Of a stretch of 64,000 nt of DNA, positions 1-11,003 are shown one piece after another. The DNA is taken from positions 1 through 64,000 of IMG/VR virus record IMGVR_UViG_3300038760_000071. One strand, 5' to 3'. Made by a program: the position numbers and the translations under genes. The stretch comes from a virus. The notes under the pieces were generated by a model. It saw only the letters and a program-made list of their open reading frames with translations, was not told the origin of the DNA and made no database searches. How positions within the stretch are numbered: the stretch's first letter is position 1; each line of letters begins with the position of its first letter.

Positions 1-1670
1 GGTAGGTGTTATTGAAGGCGTAACTGTAACTGAAGGTGTAACTGTAACTGAAGGTGTTATCGACGGGGTAGGTGTTATCGACGGTGTAACTGTAACTGAT
101 GGTGTAACAGTAACTGATGGTGTAACTGTAACTGAAGGTGTTATCGACGGGGTAGCTGATGGCGTCCGGGTTACTGAAGGCGTTACTGATACAGAAGGAG
201 CAACATAACAACCTAGATATATATCTAAACCACTTTCGGTGTTGAATTCAACACCAGCCTCACCTAAGAGAATGAAATTGCATGTAGCTGACGGTGTAGG
301 TGTTATAGATGGTGTAACTGTAACTGATGGTGTAACAGTAACTGATGGTGTTATCGACGGGGTAGGTGTTATAGATGGTGTAACTGTAACTGAAGGTGTA
401 ACTGAAGGTGGTGGTGAAGGTAGTGGTGTAACTGAAGGTGTAACTGTAACTGATGGTGTAACAGTAACTGATGGTGTTATCGACGGGGTAGGTGTTATAG
501 ATGGTGTAACTGTAACTGAAGGTGTAACTGAAGGTGGTGGTGAAGGTAGTGGTGTAACTGAAGGTGTAACTGTAACTGATGGTGTAACAGTAACTGATGG
601 TGTAGGTGTTATCGACGGTGTAACTGTAACTGATGGTGTAACTGTAATTGAAGGTGTTATCGACGGGGTAGGTGTTATAGATGGTGTAGGTGTTATCGAC
701 GGTGTAACTGTAACTGAAGGTGTTATCGACGGGGTAGGTGTTATAGATGGTGTAACTGTAGCTGATGGTGTTATCGACGGTGTAACAGTAACTGAAGGTG
801 TAACTGTAACTGAAGGTGTTATCGACGGGGTAGGTGTTATAGATGGTGTAACAGTAACTGATGGTGTAACAGTAACTGATGGTGTTATAGATGGTGTGGG
901 TGTTATAGATGGTGTAACAGTAACTGATGGTGTTATCGACGGGGTAGGTGTTATCGATGGTGTAACAGTAACTGAAGGTGTAACAGTAACTGAAGGTGTT
1001 ATCGACGGGGTAGGTGTTATAGATGGTGTAACAGTAACTGATGGTGTAACAGTAACTGATGGTGTAACTGTAACTGATGGTGTAACTGTGACTGATGGTG
1101 TTATAGATGGTGTAACTGATGATGTAACTGTAACTGATGGTGTTATAGATGGTGTAACTGATGATGTAACAGTAACTGATGGTGTTATAGATGGTGTTGG
1201 TGGGATATGTCCTTGAGATGGTGTAACTGAAGGTGTAACTGAAGGTGTAACAGTAACTGATGGTGTAACTGTAACTGAAGGTGTTATCGACGGGGTAGGT
1301 GTTATAGATGGTGTAACAGTAACTGATGGTGTAACAGTAACTGAAGGTGTAACTGTAACTGAAGGTGTTATAGATGGTGTAACTGTAACTGAAGGTGTAA
1401 CTGTAACTGATGGTGTTATAGATGGTGTAACTGTAATCGAAGGTGTCACTGTAACTGAAGGTGTTATCGACGGTGTAACTGTAACTGAAGGTGTTATCGA
1501 TGGTGTAACTGTAATCGAAGGTGTCACTGTAACTGAAGGTGTTATAGATGGTGTAACAGTAACTGATGGTGTAACTGTAACTGATGGTGTAACTGTAACT
1601 GATGGTGTAACAGTAACTGAAGGTGTTATCGACGGTGTAACTGTAATCGAAGGTGTTACTGATGGTGATA
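1..1670. repeat. Degenerate 12/18-bp tandem repeats encoding [12 protein letters not shown], with a 126-bp higher-order duplication
   Basis: Units such as ggtgtaactgtaactgat and ggtgttatcgacggggta. The gaaggtagtggt marker recurs 126 nt apart (about 421 and 547). Confidence 0.95.
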
Positions 1671-2061
1671 GGGGAATAGGGCAATTAAACTTATATCTCC
1701 AATCCGGCCCAAGGGGTGAATACACCCGCACTATAGCAGTATTAGTGGGGTGGTTTTTTAAAATAGATACAGTACTTAGAGCGCTAGTAAAAACGAAAGG
1801 AAACCCATCCGGTGCGATAGGTAGATTGCCCAACTCTGGTATAGGTCCCTTCGCTGTTAACCCACCAACAAAAACATTTCTATGACTGCCACCATAGTTA
1901 TAAACATAACTACCAATATAATAGGTATCTAAAACTATATTGGAGCTAAACTCAACTATATATCTCTCTGGTTTATTACCCGGGTCATAATGAAATAGAC
2001 ACTGAGACGGTACAGTCGAGGTCGGTGTCGGTGTAGGGGCCATACCACAACTCAGTAACAC
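1..2061 (-). CDS. Mucin-like Pro/Thr/Ser-repeat virion protein, 3' end beyond window edge
   Basis: Missing from the ORF track because it runs off the window edge. Manual translation from GTG 2061 (or ATG 2043) gives [32 protein letters not shown]...APDGFPFV...[18 protein letters not shown] followed by ([12 protein letters not shown])n. The frame is consistent at position 1 and no stop was seen. Confidence 0.85.
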   Translation of the reverse strand, partial: MLLSCGMAPTPTPTSTVPSQCLFHYDPGNKPERYIVEFSSNIVLDTYYIGSYVYNYGGSHRNVFVGGLTAKGPIPELGNLPIAPDGFPFVFTSALSTVSILKNHPTNTAIVRVYSPLGPDWRYKFNCPIPLSPSVTPSITVTPSITPSVTVTPSVTVTPSVTVTPSVTVTPSITPSVTVTPSITVTPSITPSVTVTPSITPSVTVTPSITVTPSITPSVTVTPSVTVTPSITPSVTVTPSVTVTPSVTVTPSITPTPSITPSVTVTPSVTVTPSVTPSVTPSQGHIPPTPSITPSVTVTSSVTPSITPSVTVTSSVTPSITPSVTVTPSVTVTPSVTVTPSVTVTPSITPTPSITPSVTVTPSVTVTPSITPTPSITPSVTVTPSITPTPSITPSVTVTPSVTVTPSITPTPSITPSVTVTPSVTVTPSITPSATVTPSITPTPSITPSVTVTPSITPTPSITPTPSITPSITVTPSVTVTPSITPTPSVTVTPSVTVTPSVTPLPSPPPSVTPSVTVTPSITPTPSITPSVTVTPSVTVTPSVTPLPSPPPSVTPSVTVTPSITPTPSITPSVTVTPSVTVTPSITPTPSATCNFILLGEAGVEFNTESGLDIYLGCYVAPSVSVTPSVTRTPSATPSITPSVTVTPSVTVTPSVTVTPSITPTPSITPSVTVTPSVTVTPSITPT

Positions 2062-2414
2062 TAAGTTTGATAGACCGGGCATCCCATAGTAAATTCCCAA
2101 TTGGGTTCAGCAAGGGGAGAGTATACACGGACAATTGCTTCGTCTATTAAAATGTCGTTGTTAAAGGTTAGCGTTCCTGTAGTGGGTGTAAAAACATAAG
2201 GTAGACCATCAGGAGCAATTGGTAAATTATACAGCTCCGGAATAGTATTTGATGTAAAGCTATTAACAAAATCACCTCGTAGATAACCACCAAAATCATA
2301 TGCACTGCTACCTACGTAGAATGTGTCAATAACAATAGCAGAATTATACTCTACAATATACCTCTCCGGCTTTTCACCTGTACTGAAGTTAAATGATGTG
2401 GTTAAGGTTGACAT
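2061..2414 (-). CDS. Stand-alone copy of a ~110-aa domain shared with both neighbouring mucin-like proteins
   Basis: [36 protein letters not shown]...CP motifs recur in the flanking ORFs. Confidence 0.8.
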   Translation of the reverse strand: MSTLTTSFNFSTGEKPERYIVEYNSAIVIDTFYVGSSAYDFGGYLRGDFVNSFTSNTIPELYNLPIAPDGLPYVFTPTTGTLTFNNDILIDEAIVRVYSPLAEPNWEFTMGCPVYQT

Positions 2415-5368
2415 TATGGTATTGGTGTTACTGGTGGTGTTTTCGAGGGTGTAACTGAAGGTGGTTCTGGAACACCAGATGGTAGTGGTATAGTTGGTGT
2501 TATAGATGGTGTAGCAGTAACTGATGGTGTTGGTGATACTGATGGAGAAGCTGCTGGGGTAGCTGGTGGTGTAGCTGATGGTGTAGGTGCCGGTGGAGAT
2601 GGTGGTACGTATCCTTCTGATGGTGTAGGAGATGGTGTTACAGGTGGAGTATATGGTATAAATCCAAGTGAAGTTGATGGGGTTATAGATGGTGTTATCG
2701 AAGGTGTAACAGTAACAGATGGTGTAGGTGATATAGCTACTGGGGATGTGCTCGGAGTAGGTGTTACTGAAGGTGACACTGGTGGTGTTGGATTAATAAG
2801 TGTTATTATTTGCTCAGCTGGGTAATATTTATTTACACCACACTCAAAGGTAACTGTTTCACCACATGTAATTTTTCTATATGGGCAGCCAATATAAACC
2901 TCCCAATCTTTACCAGATAGAGGGTCATACACATGGGTTGCAATTCTATTTTTATCGGTATCCTTATAGAATGTTGATAAAGCATATGCTACTGTGGAAT
3001 CAATATAAGGATATCCGTCTGGTGCTACACTTAAGCCTGTAAATTGGGTATAACCACTATCAGTAAGACCTGCAATAAATGTCTGTCGGTCACCTCCTGT
3101 ATAATTATAGGAATCATTACCTACGTAGCCTGTATCAACTACATCAACGCCATCATAATTAAATATAAACCTAGTTGGGTATGATGTTGCATTCCATTCA
3201 ATATCAACAGTACCTATTGTACCAGAAATGTCATACAATACAGTCGGTATTAAGTTACTATCCGAATTACTATATGTGGCAGATAAGCCACATAATAGGT
3301 TAGGATACCCAATCGCTGGCTCCATTCCTAGGAATGGTAGTATACCAATATCTTCTTTTTCTGGAACAGGTTCTGCCGGATTTCCCAATATAGTATTGTC
3401 AATACTAAAAGAAGATAGTTGAGTAAAGCTGTTGGTAGTCGTCTCCGGAGCTTCGGCTTTGCCTTCAACATGAAAATTATCAATTATAACATTTAGATCA
3501 GTGCTGCCTTTAGAGATGTTCTTAACAAATGATACTCCAGGTCTGAACTTAGTTGAGGTAGTAAAATTAAGCTCTATATTTTGTTCAAAGATATTAATGT
3601 AGTCATAATCTTCCAGTCTCTTATAGTCAACATAAATGGTTCTACCATAATTACCAAGTCTAGCTCTAAGTGTTTTGACACCATCACTAAGCAGATCAAA
3701 AGCTGAAATGGCTACATTACCTGCTAGATACTGATAACTTGATGCTTGATCCCCTCGTAGAGAGATGCTATTTGGCTTGCGTTCATTATACTGGTAACCA
3801 GAACGTATAGTATTATCAGCCAATTTTGCTTGTGCACCATAAACACCTAGATTATCCATACCAACACCAATAACACCTCCCTGGAGCCCTATTGATTTTT
3901 CATACGATCCGGCAGTATATTGTATTCCGGAATAACCTAAATTAATACCACGTCCACCATAATCGAGATCTACACTCGCATCTTGTAAAAATAAACATAG
4001 GCCAAAGCTATCATTTTCATCCCACGCGGTTAATTCATAGTTAAATGACCATGTAATGTCATATAGCGGTGATACCCCCTTTTCATATACTGTAACTGGT
4101 GACCCAGCTGATGGTATAGAGGCAGCCGGTGAAGGTGTTATAGAGGGTGTTACCGTTGGTGTTATTGAAGGTGTTACAGATGGTGTATGTGTAACAGATG
4201 GTGTAACAGATGGTGTTGGTGGTATATAACCTTGAGATGGTGTAACTGAAGGTGTTACTGATGGTGTCGGTGTTACTGATGGTGTTGATGTTACTGATGG
4301 TGTAACTGATGGTGTAACAGTAGGTGTAGGGGTTACTGAAGATGTTGGTGTTACTGTTGGTGTAACTGATTGTGTAACAGAAGGGGTGGGGGTTACTGAA
4401 GATGTTGGTGTTACTGTTGGTGTTTTAGATGGTGTTGGTGGTATATAACCTTGAGATGGTGTAACTGAAGGTGTTACTGATGGTGTCAGTGTTACTGATG
4501 GTGTTGGTGTGACAGATGGAGACGCTGTTGAGGTTGGTGATGGGTCTGGTGGTATATAATCTTTTGTTGTTGAGGGTGTTATTGAAGGTGTAGGTGTTAT
4601 TGAAGGTGTAGGTGTTATTGAAGGTGTTGGTGTTATTGATGGTGTAGCAGTAACAGATGGTGTTGGTGTTATTGAAGGTGTCGGTGTTATTGATGGTGTT
4701 GGTGTTATTGAAGGTGTTGGTGTTATTGAAGGTGTTGGTGTTATTGAAGGTGTTGGTGGTATATAATCTTTAGATGGTGTTATTGAAGGTGTAGGTGTTA
4801 TTGAAGGTGTAGGTGTTATTGAAGGTGTAGGTGTTATTGAAGGTGTAGGTGTTATTGAAGGCGTAGGTGTTATTGAAGGTGTTATTGAAGGTGTAGGTGT
4901 TATTGAAGGTGTAGGTGTTATTGAAGGTGTTACTGTTGGTGTGTGAGATGGGGATAGATCTGGTGGTATATAATCTTTTGTTGTTGAGGGTGTTATTGAA
5001 GGTGTAGGTGTTATTGAAGGTGTTGGTGTTACTGTTGGTGTTTTAGATGGTGTTGGAGGTATATAATCTTTAGATGGTGTTATTGAAGGTGTAGGTGTTA
5101 TTGAAGGTGTAGGTGTTATTGAAGGTGTTATTGATGGTGTCGGTGTTACTGTTGGTGTGTGAGATGGGGATGGATCTGGTGGTATATAATCTTTTGTTGT
5201 TGAGGGTGTTATTGAAGGTGTTGGTGTTATTGAAGGTGTTGGTGTTATTGAAGGTGTTGGTGTTATTGAAGGTGTTGGTGTTATTGAAGGTGTTGGTGTT
5301 ATTGAAGGTGTTGGTGTAACAGACGGGGTCGGTGTTATTGAAGAGGTGGGTGTAACAGACGGAGACAT
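2414..5368 (-). CDS. Mucin-like PTS-repeat protein with L-type (ConA-like) lectin domain; putative fibre/adhesin
   Basis: ~415 aa of SITPTP repeats, then [28 protein letters not shown] (lectin-like), the shared APDG domain and a PTS-rich tail. Confidence 0.75.
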   Translation of the reverse strand: MSPSVTPTSSITPTPSVTPTPSITPTPSITPTPSITPTPSITPTPSITPTPSITPSTTKDYIPPDPSPSHTPTVTPTPSITPSITPTPSITPTPSITPSKDYIPPTPSKTPTVTPTPSITPTPSITPSTTKDYIPPDLSPSHTPTVTPSITPTPSITPTPSITPSITPTPSITPTPSITPTPSITPTPSITPTPSITPSKDYIPPTPSITPTPSITPTPSITPTPSITPTPSITPTPSVTATPSITPTPSITPTPSITPTPSITPSTTKDYIPPDPSPTSTASPSVTPTPSVTLTPSVTPSVTPSQGYIPPTPSKTPTVTPTSSVTPTPSVTQSVTPTVTPTSSVTPTPTVTPSVTPSVTSTPSVTPTPSVTPSVTPSQGYIPPTPSVTPSVTHTPSVTPSITPTVTPSITPSPAASIPSAGSPVTVYEKGVSPLYDITWSFNYELTAWDENDSFGLCLFLQDASVDLDYGGRGINLGYSGIQYTAGSYEKSIGLQGGVIGVGMDNLGVYGAQAKLADNTIRSGYQYNERKPNSISLRGDQASSYQYLAGNVAISAFDLLSDGVKTLRARLGNYGRTIYVDYKRLEDYDYINIFEQNIELNFTTSTKFRPGVSFVKNISKGSTDLNVIIDNFHVEGKAEAPETTTNSFTQLSSFSIDNTILGNPAEPVPEKEDIGILPFLGMEPAIGYPNLLCGLSATYSNSDSNLIPTVLYDISGTIGTVDIEWNATSYPTRFIFNYDGVDVVDTGYVGNDSYNYTGGDRQTFIAGLTDSGYTQFTGLSVAPDGYPYIDSTVAYALSTFYKDTDKNRIATHVYDPLSGKDWEVYIGCPYRKITCGETVTFECGVNKYYPAEQIITLINPTPPVSPSVTPTPSTSPVAISPTPSVTVTPSITPSITPSTSLGFIPYTPPVTPSPTPSEGYVPPSPPAPTPSATPPATPAASPSVSPTPSVTATPSITPTIPLPSGVPEPPSVTPSKTPPVTPIP
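4130..5365. repeat. 18-bp tandem repeats (SITPTP) punctuated by KDYIPP/QGYIPP units
   Basis: Repeated ggtgttattgaaggtgta/ggtgtt units with recurring ggtatataatc/ggtatataacc spacers. Confidence 0.95.
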
Positions 5369-5377
5369 TTACAAATA

Positions 5378-5593
5378 TTATTTAATCTGGTACACGAAGA
5401 CTAGGGTAAAAGACTTACCATCTTTTATTGATGTTTTATGAACAAGTTTATAACCTATCTTTTTAAACTCGGTATAAACAACTCTAAAATGATCCGCATT
5501 AATGTTTACAATAATACTGCCCCGCTGTTTATCTTCTAATAAGAAGTCGGTAAACTCCTCCGCCAAGTAAAATGCTCGCTCTTTTAAATCCAC
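5378..5593 (-). CDS. Hypothetical protein
   Basis: 71-aa ORF in operon context; TAAATA 5 nt upstream of the GTG start. Confidence 0.7.
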   Translation of the reverse strand: MDLKERAFYLAEEFTDFLLEDKQRGSIIVNINADHFRVVYTEFKKIGYKLVHKTSIKDGKSFTLVFVYQIK

Positions 5594-5601
5594 ATATATA
5601 T

Positions 5602-5766
5602 TTATGGTGTGGATAACGCTTTAACAATTTCATCAACCTTTGTTGATAATTTTACCAACTGTACCCAGTCAATATCACTAGATATTGATATATTATAGGT
5701 AGTAATTAGCTTTTGCAGCAGTAAAAAATCCGGCGGCGTCAGTCCTTCAACGATTAGTTCATTCAT
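5602..5766 (-). CDS. Small hypothetical protein (54 aa)
   Basis: Manual translation MNELIVEGLTPPDFLLLQKL...KALSTP* fills the gap between co-oriented genes. Confidence 0.6.
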   Translation of the reverse strand: MNELIVEGLTPPDFLLLQKLITTYNISISSDIDWVQLVKLSTKVDEIVKALSTP

Positions 5767-5783
5767 GCCATAATTTATGCCTC

Positions 5784-7352
5784 CTAAATTATATAGCCAA
5801 TAGCATTAAGAGAAATCTGTTGACCCGTGTAGCTTTTATATTTAAATGCACCAACTAGTTGATTTGTCGATGCATTTGCACTTAGAGGTAGCATCACTTG
5901 GCTTGCTACTCGGGTATCGTAATTTTTTGGAATTCCATATGACGACATAATTCTATAATGCTTAGTAGAATCTAGCAACTTAGTCTCATTTTTTGCATAG
6001 ACTAGCTCTGTGTTTTGGAATTTTTGAGTTGCATCATCAAAAACATACGCGTTAATAATTATAGCCGATGCTATACTAGGTACACTTACACCTGTATCTG
6101 TATATGTTGTACCATCATATGAAAATAAAGTAGGTGAAAAGACCATGTTAAATGAATAATCAGCAACACCACCTAAAGCTGTCTGATTAAAAATTTCTAC
6201 GGGGTCATCAAACCAGAATGTTGAGCTAGTAGAATCCCCACTTCCCCCGGCATTCGTATCTTTAGATGAATTGCTCCTAGGGTCTATACCTATAACCATA
6301 TCCCCAGTAAGCGGGTTTATAGCTGTCCCGGTTACCTCAACACCACCTACTACTGCGGATAACCCTGATTGTATAGTAACTGTTGATGATGCAATAGAAT
6401 CAGCTACCGATTTAATAATAAACAACGTGCCTTGTGCACTAAGTGAGCTGTTTAGTCCGGAAGCAACACTAAACGTGGTTGAGCTAGCTGGTGCACTACC
6501 GACTCCATATAGACTTGAATTTATATAATCCGGTAATTTAAATGACACACCGATGTTTGTACTACCAAATGTTTCGCCTATAACAGCGGATAATTGTGGG
6601 TAAGATACACCCGCGACTTCCTGACCATTACATAGTAGCCAACCCTCAGGAGCTCCACTAGCTTCAACATAGGGCATAATTGTACCGACTGGTATTGGTC
6701 CTCCGGAGGAGTTAAAAAAGAATGTTGAGCTCTGAGTTTGCGGTGACCATGTTAAATTACCAAGAACATCCGTTCTAAGATATGTATTATTGCTGAGACC
6801 ACCAATAGGGAAGGTGTACTCAACACTATTAATATCAAGCTTCTGTGGTAAATTTAAATATTCAGTAGAATTTGGTCTAATACTATCTGTTGAGATTCTA
6901 GAACCACTGAGTGATATTCTAGAATTCTCGTCTAACATAATGGAATTACCAAGCATATCAGTGCTAATATTAGCAGCAGATAGAGTACCAACAGATATAG
7001 TACCAGCAGCATCATCTACAACTATAGTACCATCCCCCGCAACTAACACTCTCCCGGCAGCAATCCACGAAGAGGTGGTTTTAATATATAGTGTGTTGTT
7101 AGTTGTATTTACTACATAATCACCTTCTACAGCATCTAATACTGTTGTATGATCTGCTACAGCATTTTTATATTTATTACCAACTACTATGCCTCCAGAT
7201 GTTGATGCATCGCCGATAAATAATCGTTTACTATCTGTGGTGTATCCTAACTCACCTTCTGATAACAAGATTTGTTGTCTATCATTATCACTACCTCTCC
7301 TAACGAGTAGTTTAAGTAATGTGTTTTCTAAAATTTCTATCTTTTTAGCCAT
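5784..7352 (-). CDS. Tail fibre protein with Mtd-like N-terminal domain and tail-collar domain
   Basis: VRRG...EGELGYTTDSKRLFIGD at the N-terminus; PVGTIMPY..PEGWLLCNGQ..YPQLSAVIG..FKLPD collar motif. Confidence 0.8.
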   Translation of the reverse strand: MAKKIEILENTLLKLLVRRGSDNDRQQILLSEGELGYTTDSKRLFIGDASTSGGIVVGNKYKNAVADHTTVLDAVEGDYVVNTTNNTLYIKTTSSWIAAGRVLVAGDGTIVVDDAAGTISVGTLSAANISTDMLGNSIMLDENSRISLSGSRISTDSIRPNSTEYLNLPQKLDINSVEYTFPIGGLSNNTYLRTDVLGNLTWSPQTQSSTFFFNSSGGPIPVGTIMPYVEASGAPEGWLLCNGQEVAGVSYPQLSAVIGETFGSTNIGVSFKLPDYINSSLYGVGSAPASSTTFSVASGLNSSLSAQGTLFIIKSVADSIASSTVTIQSGLSAVVGGVEVTGTAINPLTGDMVIGIDPRSNSSKDTNAGGSGDSTSSTFWFDDPVEIFNQTALGGVADYSFNMVFSPTLFSYDGTTYTDTGVSVPSIASAIIINAYVFDDATQKFQNTELVYAKNETKLLDSTKHYRIMSSYGIPKNYDTRVASQVMLPLSANASTNQLVGAFKYKSYTGQQISLNAIGYII

Positions 7353-7354
7353 AA

Positions 7355-8380
7355 TTAGTATCTAAAAATTGGGATTGCGAACCTGTCTATAGGTTCCTCA
7401 CTATCAGAAGGTTGTACACCATCTATTGTTATAAAACCTGCTGATGATAGGGGGATGGTTGTCGAAGCTGATCGATCGTAGTTTGCAGAAATACACTCGA
7501 TAATTGTTGAAGGAACAGTGGTATTGTTAATATAATCTACATTACCATATCCGTTAAATGTAGTGGTGGTTGAATCATTTGCTGTAAGTGCATTATAAAT
7601 TGCAGTGTCCAACGAGCTAACAAACCCATTCGCGTCAGTAGATATAGTTGCTAGGGTTGCTGAGCCTGACGCATATTTTGGTGTTAGAGCTAATTTACTT
7701 GCCCCTACAGTAAAATCATCTGTATCGATAGTATTTGTTAATGCGCTTGCCGGTACGGCAGATAACTCTAATTGACCACTAATAAATTTGAAATTTGCAG
7801 TAGCATCTACCCCGATAGTATCACCACTACCACCACTTATACCATTACCAAATGCTGAGCTATTAATTTGATCTACACCAACCTGTATTACTGACAATGT
7901 ATTACTAGTTGTAATTCCGATTGTTGTATTATCTACATTTGCTGAAAGTCCGGATGAGTTAACGGATAAGGCACCATCAGCATAAACTACACTCGAATCT
8001 AAATTACTTGCGCTTATAGAGTTTCCTAATAACGTTAGTTTATTATTAACATTATATTCAAAATAAGTTGGATCAATCTTGGTACCTATAAATGCCCAAT
8101 CTACTACCTGCGAATAATCATTACCAGATAGTTGATATAATAAATTATTATCATACACTATATCACCTAAGACCGCATCTGTAAGTAATATTCTAGAACC
8201 TATAGTTAGCGGGGCATGTATTATATTACCTACAATCTGCCCACCACTAGTAAATCCATCACCCACCCACACACGCTTTGTATCTGTAGTATATCCTAAC
8301 TCACCTTGCTCGAGAATAACGGCCCGTCGTTGACTATCTGTACCTCTACGAATTTTTAACTTTACTATTTCTATATCCAT
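7355..8380 (-). CDS. Tail fibre-like protein with Mtd-like N-terminal domain
   Basis: KIRRGTDSQR...QGELGYTTDTKRVWVGDG; N-terminus paralogous to the downstream gene. Confidence 0.75.
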   Translation of the reverse strand: MDIEIVKLKIRRGTDSQRRAVILEQGELGYTTDTKRVWVGDGFTSGGQIVGNIIHAPLTIGSRILLTDAVLGDIVYDNNLLYQLSGNDYSQVVDWAFIGTKIDPTYFEYNVNNKLTLLGNSISASNLDSSVVYADGALSVNSSGLSANVDNTTIGITTSNTLSVIQVGVDQINSSAFGNGISGGSGDTIGVDATANFKFISGQLELSAVPASALTNTIDTDDFTVGASKLALTPKYASGSATLATISTDANGFVSSLDTAIYNALTANDSTTTTFNGYGNVDYINNTTVPSTIIECISANYDRSASTTIPLSSAGFITIDGVQPSDSEEPIDRFAIPIFRY

Positions 8381-8400
8381 TACTATTTACCGTTGAGTGG

Positions 8401-9006
8401 TTAAGCTGTTCTCTTCCAGATATACACCCCATAACCGGGAGGTGTGTTGTTATGTGCAATACCGAGCCCAGTGGTATCGGTATTTGTAGATGATGCCATG
8501 CTGCGCTCATCCGGTCTTCCGCCGTTATCTGTATAACCACCAATTGCTTGTTGAGCTGTAAATGCATGGCTGTGCTTTGGCATCTCATTAATATTTAATA
8601 TATGATCATATCTACCATCATTAGTATCACCAACAGTAAACGCTTTATTGCCGTAACCATCATTTCCAGTACCAGTACCTACAATAAATTTACCTTGTGA
8701 AGTCTGCTCCCATGTACCGCCAAATCTAACTTGCGGGTTAATATTATCAACGCTCATGAAAACAGAGCCAACAGGAAAAATCCTATCTACTATATATTGA
8801 AAGAATTTATCATCTAGGGAGTTTCCTGATAAAGCACCACTTACAGCAATACCATTACCGTCTCTACCGATTGCAAGAGAGCTCTTGTTACCAAACCCGT
8901 CATATACCCATTCTAGCCCGGAGGCTGGTATTGGTGCACCTTTAGCGTGTAAAACACCAACATAAGTATCATTAATGTTGGTGTTAGTTAGAGAAGTTGT
9001 CGCCAT
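8401..9006 (-). CDS. Baseplate/tail-fibre protein with gp10 C-terminal-like domain
   Basis: IFPVGSVFMS..NP...GGTWEQ..G..HNNTPPGYGVYIWKRTA motif; ATG at 9006 preferred as start. Confidence 0.75.
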   Translation of the reverse strand: MATTSLTNTNINDTYVGVLHAKGAPIPASGLEWVYDGFGNKSSLAIGRDGNGIAVSGALSGNSLDDKFFQYIVDRIFPVGSVFMSVDNINPQVRFGGTWEQTSQGKFIVGTGTGNDGYGNKAFTVGDTNDGRYDHILNINEMPKHSHAFTAQQAIGGYTDNGGRPDERSMASSTNTDTTGLGIAHNNTPPGYGVYIWKRTA

Positions 9007-9044
9007 ATACAATTATATTTATTTATATGGCATGCAATATACAA

Positions 9045-11003
9045 TTAAATCTGAATAATACTGTTTAAATTATATTGGGGCTGTATTCTAGGAGCCGCGT
9101 CGACAGCTATCAGGTTTAAAATATTCAGCTGCATACTATATAATTCTCTAAAACATCTATTAACGGTATCTACCAATGCTTCTTCATTACTATGAATCAT
9201 GAGATTTTTTAAATCTGTTTCTATAAATTTAGAGAAATCTAGATTATAGCCATACTTATCTAAAACTAATACATTATCTCTATATCTACCTTTAAATTTA
9301 CCAACAATATTGTTTTTAATGATCAATATATCTTCTAATAATTTATAAATTTCCTTATTTATTGAAGATATTTGAATATATTCTTCCGGGCTTAAGGAGA
9401 ATCCATTTATACCAAAATTATTATAGTTAGTTCGTTTTATAACACGTTGATATGCCTCAATAGTTGGTTCATTAAAGAAGTAGAACCTACTATTACTCGA
9501 CAGTATAATCTTATCATTACCATCCGGCCCCTCAAATACATTAAAACCATTAATATTATTGTTTGTTATACCAACAGACCCTTCTTCCACGTTATCTGTT
9601 CCAAATAAATTCCATGCAAAGTTTGAATTCTTCCACTCTACCTCTTGATAATTCCACCGATTATTAAAAGATTTATCTTCTACCTGATAATCAAGCAGAA
9701 ACATTCGGTTTGGTCCAAACTTACCTATGACTTCTGCGGGTCTAGTTTTAAATTTTTTGTATACACTCCACTGCGTTACAAAATACCAGTAATTACTCGC
9801 AGCTCTCGAAAATGATATTTCCTTAACCACCTCCCCATTTTGAAGATAATCATCTAATTGCACCCTCTCAATATTTCTAGTATCATCACTACTAAATCTA
9901 TAGAGGTAAGCTGTATTTAAGCCTGTTAAATCATCTATAGCATATGTTACCACATAAAGGACCCTAAAATCCGGATCAAACTCCATAGCTCCAAAAGTCT
10001 CTTTGTTTAAATCTATAGACGAAATCTTATTAATAAAATTAAAATACACATCAAATATTTTAATTACCTTATTCCCAGAGTCATATACCGCTACTTCACT
10101 ATCAGTACAAGCCAATTTAGTTGGTTGGTTAAACTTTGTCTGTCTTGTTGTCCCACCGTATCCTCCTACTTGATCAATATAATTTCTTCTATTACCTAGT
10201 AAAATATCTGTACTAAGACTTTTTGCTACACTCTCATTTGTAAACCCACGAATATCATATTTTATAACAACATTATTCTGCTTATCCGATAAAAATGCAT
10301 ATCTTTTATTTGATGCTATACCCGCCAATTCTCGGTAAGATAGTTCGTTTTCCTCATCTGTTTCATATCCTGTAGATTGCTCAATAATTTGTAATGTATC
10401 ATTACTACCGGTCATTGAGATAAATTTACTATCTGTTATAGCAAAGAGCGCGAAGTTATCTGCCGTGTTTTGAGCTACCTGTGATGAAACTTCTATAATA
10501 TTACCAATTGAGCTTAAGCTATTTGATTCAGAGAATGGTATAGTATTAACAAATTCACTACTCTGAATACTATCAGACTTAAATATGGTGAAATTATCAT
10601 CGCTAATACCAGATAACCCTGCAAATGTAATTGTATTTGTATACGGTAAATTATTTGCAGCAATAGAGAGCCTAGAGAAGGTGTAAGTATTGTTTTCACG
10701 AAGGTTATCTAATTTAAATTTTAGCAGATCGTAATTAAAATTATCGTTTATACTGAATATACACTCATCCAATGTTTTTGGTAGCTGTAGATCTAGATCA
10801 CCAACAACCCTATCCTTAAAAAAGGCAGACATTATTAGATCTGTATTATATGTATTTTTAGCTGTTAGTAGGCTGCCAGTTACCACATCCCTCGCTTCAC
10901 CTATATTAACATCAACTGTAAAATACCCAACGAAATCAGCTCCAGTTAGAGTAAACATATCACCGGAGGTGTACGTTCTTTTATATGCGGTATAGTCAAT
11001 CAT
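9045..11003 (-). CDS. Virion structural protein with NHL/beta-propeller-like repeats
   Basis: GGYGG..KFNQPTKLAC..VAVYDSGNKVIKIFD motif; lies in the structural operon. Confidence 0.6.
   Translation of the reverse strand: MIDYTAYKRTYTSGDMFTLTGADFVGYFTVDVNIGEARDVVTGSLLTAKNTYNTDLIMSAFFKDRVVGDLDLQLPKTLDECIFSINDNFNYDLLKFKLDNLRENNTYTFSRLSIAANNLPYTNTITFAGLSGISDDNFTIFKSDSIQSSEFVNTIPFSESNSLSSIGNIIEVSSQVAQNTADNFALFAITDSKFISMTGSNDTLQIIEQSTGYETDEENELSYRELAGIASNKRYAFLSDKQNNVVIKYDIRGFTNESVAKSLSTDILLGNRRNYIDQVGGYGGTTRQTKFNQPTKLACTDSEVAVYDSGNKVIKIFDVYFNFINKISSIDLNKETFGAMEFDPDFRVLYVVTYAIDDLTGLNTAYLYRFSSDDTRNIERVQLDDYLQNGEVVKEISFSRAASNYWYFVTQWSVYKKFKTRPAEVIGKFGPNRMFLLDYQVEDKSFNNRWNYQEVEWKNSNFAWNLFGTDNVEEGSVGITNNNINGFNVFEGPDGNDKIILSSNSRFYFFNEPTIEAYQRVIKRTNYNNFGINGFSLSPEEYIQISSINKEIYKLLEDILIIKNNIVGKFKGRYRDNVLVLDKYGYNLDFSKFIETDLKNLMIHSNEEALVDTVNRCFRELYSMQLNILNLIAVDAAPRIQPQYNLNSIIQI

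Noticed and set aside
239-1216. Plus-strand 325-aa VTDG-repeat ORF
   Set aside because: Antisense shadow of the minus-strand TPS-repeat gene; the repeat lacks stops in this frame.
260-1684. Minus-strand 474-aa YTISY-repeat ORF
   Set aside because: Alternative frame of the same repeat. The TPS frame continues from a conserved globular domain and matches the paralogous upstream protein.
1-5365. Repeats as a CRISPR array
   Set aside because: Codon-phased degenerate coding repeats with no unique spacers.
5784-8380. Diversity-generating retroelement suggested by Mtd-like N-termini
   Set aside because: Only the structural N-terminal domain is shared; no reverse transcriptase or TR/VR pair was seen.
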